Of a DNA stretch of 64,000 bases, positions 59,736-64,000 are shown piece after piece (within the stretch, counting starts at the first letter, position 1; every line of letters begins with the position of its first letter). Below the pieces are notes generated by a model, which was not told the origin of the DNA, ran no database searches, and worked only from the letters and a program-made list of their open reading frames with translations. Source of the stretch: Malacoraja senta (taxonomy: Eukaryota); NCBI GenBank assembly GCA_038087875.1, contig CM075993.1:11968001-12032000 (forward strand), in the 5' to 3' direction. The translations under genes were made by a program, and so were the position numbers.

Positions 59736-61289
59736 AATTATGCAGTTGTATCAGACATTGGCATATACAACTGTTTAGAAGAATGAGGTCCCCCATCATT
59801 CTTCTAAACTCCATCAAGTACAGGCCCAGTGACGACAAACGCTCATCATAGGTTAACCTAGAGAATTTCAACAATTTATTTATGGAATAAACAATAAATG
59901 AACATTTTCCATTCATTGACACACGATATGATACGATGGAACTTTATTTATCCCAGGAGGGAAATTGATCTGCTAACAGTCATAAGACACAAGATACATG
60001 AAACATGACAACACAAGCACTAGATTTATTTTCTAGTTTCCAAATCACATTCAAATCTTCAGAGGCATAAACTTCAATAAAGGATGACCCAATACAGAGC
60101 TTGACATTCTATTTCACGGCTGTATCAGTGGTTATTTACTGTGAGCTTCAGTCTGGAGTAAAAGCTAAAGTTTTGAATTAATTTTGCTGGTTCATATGCA
60201 ACGTACAATAAATAAGCTGGAAGTTTTGCACATACCAATAAAAAGGATTACAAATAAATGCAATTACGATTAAATGAGGACATGATGGATTTTTCCAAAG
60301 AGACATTAAACAAAGGTGATTTCCTCCTGCCTTAAAACTGACTTAAAACAATTCTTCAATTGTACCTGACTATGAAATTATACAGATTATTTTATAAATC
60401 ATGTTGAAATTTATGGCGCTTGTTACCAAAGTATACTTCTTCCTTCCTCCTATATTCCACCAATTTACAGTACAGAAGGATATGGTCCTAATGCAGGCAA
60501 ATGTGGTTATAGATACACAAGAAGATTGGCAAGGACATAATTGGCTGAAGGCCCCGTTTCTGTTCTATCTGACTCCATGACTCTATTCTTCATGCAATGC
60601 ACAAACGACCTGCACTGTCTTAATTATCAGGGTATGTTCTACTGTCCTTTATGCCCACCCATCTAACAACACTCTGAAATAACATTCTTCTTCATTCTCC
60701 ATTTCTTTGACATGGTCTGCCACACAAACTACACTTTCATTCTACACTTTATCTGTCCAATTACATTTTAAATTGAACACTGCAACATCCAAATCTAGTT
60801 CTTCTGACTATTGCTATTTCAATAATATATTACAAATTGGGAGCCCTGTCATTTTTATCCATATGTAAATACTGATTATTTGAAACTTACAGCAGTGCAT
60901 AATTATGTCAAGAAATTATTTTCATATAATTTCCCAGCACTATTCATTCCAGAGTGTTTCTGGATTATCTGCTTTTGAAAGACAGAGGCCATGGCCTCTG
61001 AGGAGTCCAATGGTACTTGAATGGTCCCCTTTGGCCACCGAAGGACCTCGAAAGTCGGCTATGGGAACTGATCTGCTGCGACCGGGCGCAGGGGGCAAAT
61101 TCGATCTGCGAGGAAGTCCCTATGAGGTTAAGATCGCCCGCGTCACTGTCACATTTTCGGGGGGACTTCTGGGGGATCTCTCGTTATTTTGTCTGTATTA
61201 AAGGAGGTGGCGGACCATCAGTAGTACACCTGTATTTACTGTCGCCATTACATCATGAAACGTAAAACCTTCCATCCATTGAATTGTGT

Positions 61290-61922
61290 CACAGAGTGAC
61301 ACAGTGTGGAAACGGGCCCTTCGGCCCTACTTGCCCACACCGGCCAATATGTCCCAGCTACACTAGTCCCTCCTGCCAGCATTTGGTCCATATCCCTCAA
61401 AACCTGTCCTATCCATGTACCTGTCTAACACTTTCTTAAATGTTGGGATAGTCCCAGCCTCAACTACCTCCTGTGGCAGTTTGTTCCATACACCCACCAC
61501 CCTTTGTGTAAAAGAGTTACCCCTCATATTCCAATTAAATCTTTTTCCCTTCGCCTTATGTCCTCTCGTCGTCGATTCACCTACTCTGGGCAAGAGCAGG
61601 TTATACGCAGGTGATAACTACAGGTGGTTTTATGCACCTCAATAAGATCACCTCTCCTGGAATACCCAGCCTACTCAACCTCTCCCTATAGCTCACACCC
61701 TCTTACACTGGCAACATCCTTGTAAATCTTCTCTGTACCCTTTCCAACTTGACATCTTTCCTATAACACAGTGCCCAGAACTGAACACAATAATCTAAAT
61801 ACCACCTGACCAACGTCTTATACAACTGCAACATGACCTCCCAACTTCTACACTCAATAATCTGACTGATGTGCCAAATGCCGTTTGACCACCCTATGTA
61901 CCTGCAACTCCACCTTCAAGGA
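61290..61922 (-). mobile_element. CR1 LINE 3' end
   Basis: TRGH...FTQRVVGVWNKLP; 3' UTR. Confidence 0.85.
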
Positions 61923-62134
61923 AGGTGTCCTGACATTCGTCTCTGCTGTGAAGGGAAAATCTACATCCTTTACTCTTTTCAGCTTATTAAACATTCATGA
62001 TTTTGACTATTCTGATCAAGAGTAAATAACACCATCCTTTAGAAGAGGCTGGAAAGGGAGACTTCCATTCAAATGTATTTCCCCCACAGCCAATAGAGGA
62101 AATTCAAACTTCTCTACGGAGGATAGTACAACAA

Positions 62135-62368
62135 TCTACCATAGCTACCGTAATGTCAGGAGAAATAGGTGAGTACACATGTGCGAGCACAATGAACAAG
62201 ATCTACCATAGCAGGCATAATGTCAGGAGAAATAGGTGTGTGCATATGCACGCACACACGCATACACACAATGAACAACAGATCTACATTAGCTAGCATG
62301 TCAGGAGAAATTGGTGTGTATATGCGCACGCATGTGCACATGCAAACGCGCGCACACACACACATAGA
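62135..62368. repeat. three-unit tandem repeat with alternating purine-pyrimidine tracts
   Basis: TGTCAGGAGAAA at 62154, 62221 and 62299. Confidence 0.85.
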
Positions 62369-62475
62369 CATGGACAAAAGGAATCATTTCCCAAACACAT
62401 ATTGCTTTTACAATAATTTTAGCAAGAACCAAGCTTAGCTTTAAAACGGAGAGAGCTTTGCGTATTTGGGATTAC

Positions 62476-62535
62476 CTGTAAACTAAGTTCTGCCAACGTA
62501 ACACCAACAGAAATAGGGCTCGAGGCATCTGTAAT
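62476..62535 (-). CDS. VPS13C: VPS13C exon (60 nt): ITDASSPISVGVTLAELSLQ
   Basis: cag|ATT...CAG|gtaat; in phase with neighbours. Confidence 0.93.
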
Positions 62536-62711
62536 CTGAAAAATTAAGAACAAACCAAAATCAACAACTTTCCCTTTCCCAATAAATGTTTGGGCATTCA
62601 AGTAATAATGAAACAGATTACCAACCTAACATTTGTATTTTCAATGTTTGAACGACAAACTAGTAAAATTCCAAAAGATAAACTTCCAACCAAATATACA
62701 TGTCTACTTAC

Positions 62712-62821
62712 AGCATCTTCATATCTTATATGAATGCTCGTTATTTTGATTTGCAGGTTTTTAATAATCTGTGTTGCAAGTTTTTCTCCAAAGGTATCTT
62801 TTTTCTCTTCCTTTTCTTTGC
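62712..62821 (-). CDS. VPS13C: VPS13C exon (110 nt): KEKEEKKDTFGEKLATQIIKNLQIKITSIHIRYEDA
   Basis: ag|GC...GCT|gtaagt; conserved VPS13 N-terminal motif. Confidence 0.95.
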
Positions 62822-63539
62822 CTTAGAAATAAATAAATAAAAATAAAGACACTCTGATTCAGAAATTCTACTTTGAGTCTCAGAATTTCTGAGTGAATTA
62901 TTAAGGTGATGGGGAAATCCTGAGACATGACTTTAGATATTCACATTTTGTATATCAGGTAGCTGTGTGTTTGGCATTGTCACATCCCCATGTTGTGGGC
63001 AGAAATGGTACCTGTTTTACCAACTCAAATTCGAATGCATATGCCTGAAGTGCACCAACTCGCACCCCTCCCCAAACAATGCGGGTGCATGCTGTGAGGG
63101 AAAGGAACAATGCAGATCTTGCACCTTATGCTGCTTTGAGCACTGTGCAATACCCACCTCCAATGCAGAATGGAGCTGCTGCATTCTTCCATGACCAATG
63201 GACCAGGCACCTCAGCCAAGCAATTTTACTATACAGCCACTTAACCAACCCTGTTATACTCCTGCTATCTTCATCATTAGAAACAGGACCTGATAATAAA
63301 ACTTGTTAAAATGTCTTCACTTTTATTACTGAATAAACTTAGTTTTAACTAAACCGTCTCTTTTTCATGGCTCTATGTTTGAGCCCACATCACCTTGAAA
63401 AGTAAAGTAATTTGGCAGCAAATTCTTCAGTATTTTGATGTACCAATATAACATCAAAAACATGAGATTGTTTTGCTGTTGTACACTATCCAAATACAAC
63501 ATAATACTTCTGAAACTAAATACTTATAGAAACGTACAA

Positions 63540-63909
63540 AATTCGTATGGGGTTGGACAGGCTAGATGCAGGAAGATTGTTCCCGATGTTGGGGAAGTCC
63601 AGGACAAGGGGTCACAGCTTAAGGATAAGGGGGAAATCCTTTAAGACCGAGATAAGAAAAAACATTTTCACACAGAGAGTGGTGAATCTCTGGAACTCTC
63701 TGCCAGAGGGTAGTTGAGGCCAGTTCATTGGCTATATTTAAGAGGGAGTTAGATGTGGCCCTTGTGGCTAAAGGGATCAGGGGGTATGGAGAGAAGGCAG
63801 GTACAGGATACTGAGTTGGATGATCAGCCATGATCATATTGAATGGCGGTGCAGGCTCGAAGTGCCGAATGGCCTACTCCTGCACCTATTTTCTATGTAT
63901 CTATGTATG
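63540..63909 (+). mobile_element. young CR1 LINE 3' end (same subfamily as 36238-38073)
   Basis: Near-identical to 37700-38070. Confidence 0.9.
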
Positions 63910-64000
63910 TAAATAACGGAGAAGTCCATTGTATCTTTCAATCGTATTGAACTGGCTTTAATTCATCCTTAATTGACCTCAAACCTTTAGAATAAATTCA

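Larger units (their letters stand above)
668..62821 (-). other. VPS13C: VPS13C gene, internal part (23 coding exons, ~853 aa; both ends outside window)
   Basis: 23 exons with GT-AG sites and compatible phases translate to a stop-free peptide matching VPS13C as I recall it (DTFGEKLATQIIKN, LDCLSAYWNVN, NAPYRKYKP, VFQRPGAQGLK, KPSYLVVPQTGF, QLGTEVNMRTFDLT, DLLKVEYIK). Confidence 0.95.

Noticed and set aside
668..62821. Assignment to VPS13A
   Set aside because: Peptides such as VIRSG, QRPGAQ.LKVEA.L.HWY.TGL.QQ and QLGTE..MRTFDLT fit VPS13C better as I recall; a reciprocal BLASTP would confirm.
62822..64000. Upstream VPS13C exons, start codon or promoter
   Set aside because: No matching peptide or CpG island found; they must lie beyond the window.
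1..64000. Prokaryotic-type systems (defence islands, operons, retrons)
   Set aside because: All long ORFs are LINE or PLE remnants within a spliced vertebrate gene.

Overview
Vertebrate genomic DNA, most likely from a cartilaginous fish (skate/ray-like, inferred from HE1-type V-SINEs, shark-type CR1 LINEs and a SacSINE1-like DeuSINE). The window lies inside one minus-strand gene, VPS13C (bridge-like lipid transfer protein). I traced 23 consecutive GT-AG coding exons from 62821 down to 668. They total 2561 nt (~853 codons), join in phase without stops, and cover the N-terminal channel region including the FFAT motif. Both ends of the gene lie outside the window. The introns are packed with transposons: CR1, Rex1/Babar and L2 LINEs, V-SINEs, a DeuSINE, Tc1, Tigger- and Harbinger-like DNA elements, a solo LTR and many Penelope-like element (PLE) derivatives. 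Highlights: (1) about 20 copies of a minimal hammerhead-ribozyme core in PLE termini; (2) tiny (~160-180 bp) fold-back, ribozyme-core-bearing insertions with exact 15-bp target-site duplications; (3) a 215-bp near-identical copy of apparently unique intron sequence inside a nested insertion 12.7 kb away; (4) a perfect 36-bp-stem hairpin; (5) a non-canonical FFAT motif (EFSDARE). Repeat-family names come from motif recognition, not database searches, and repeat boundaries are approximate.
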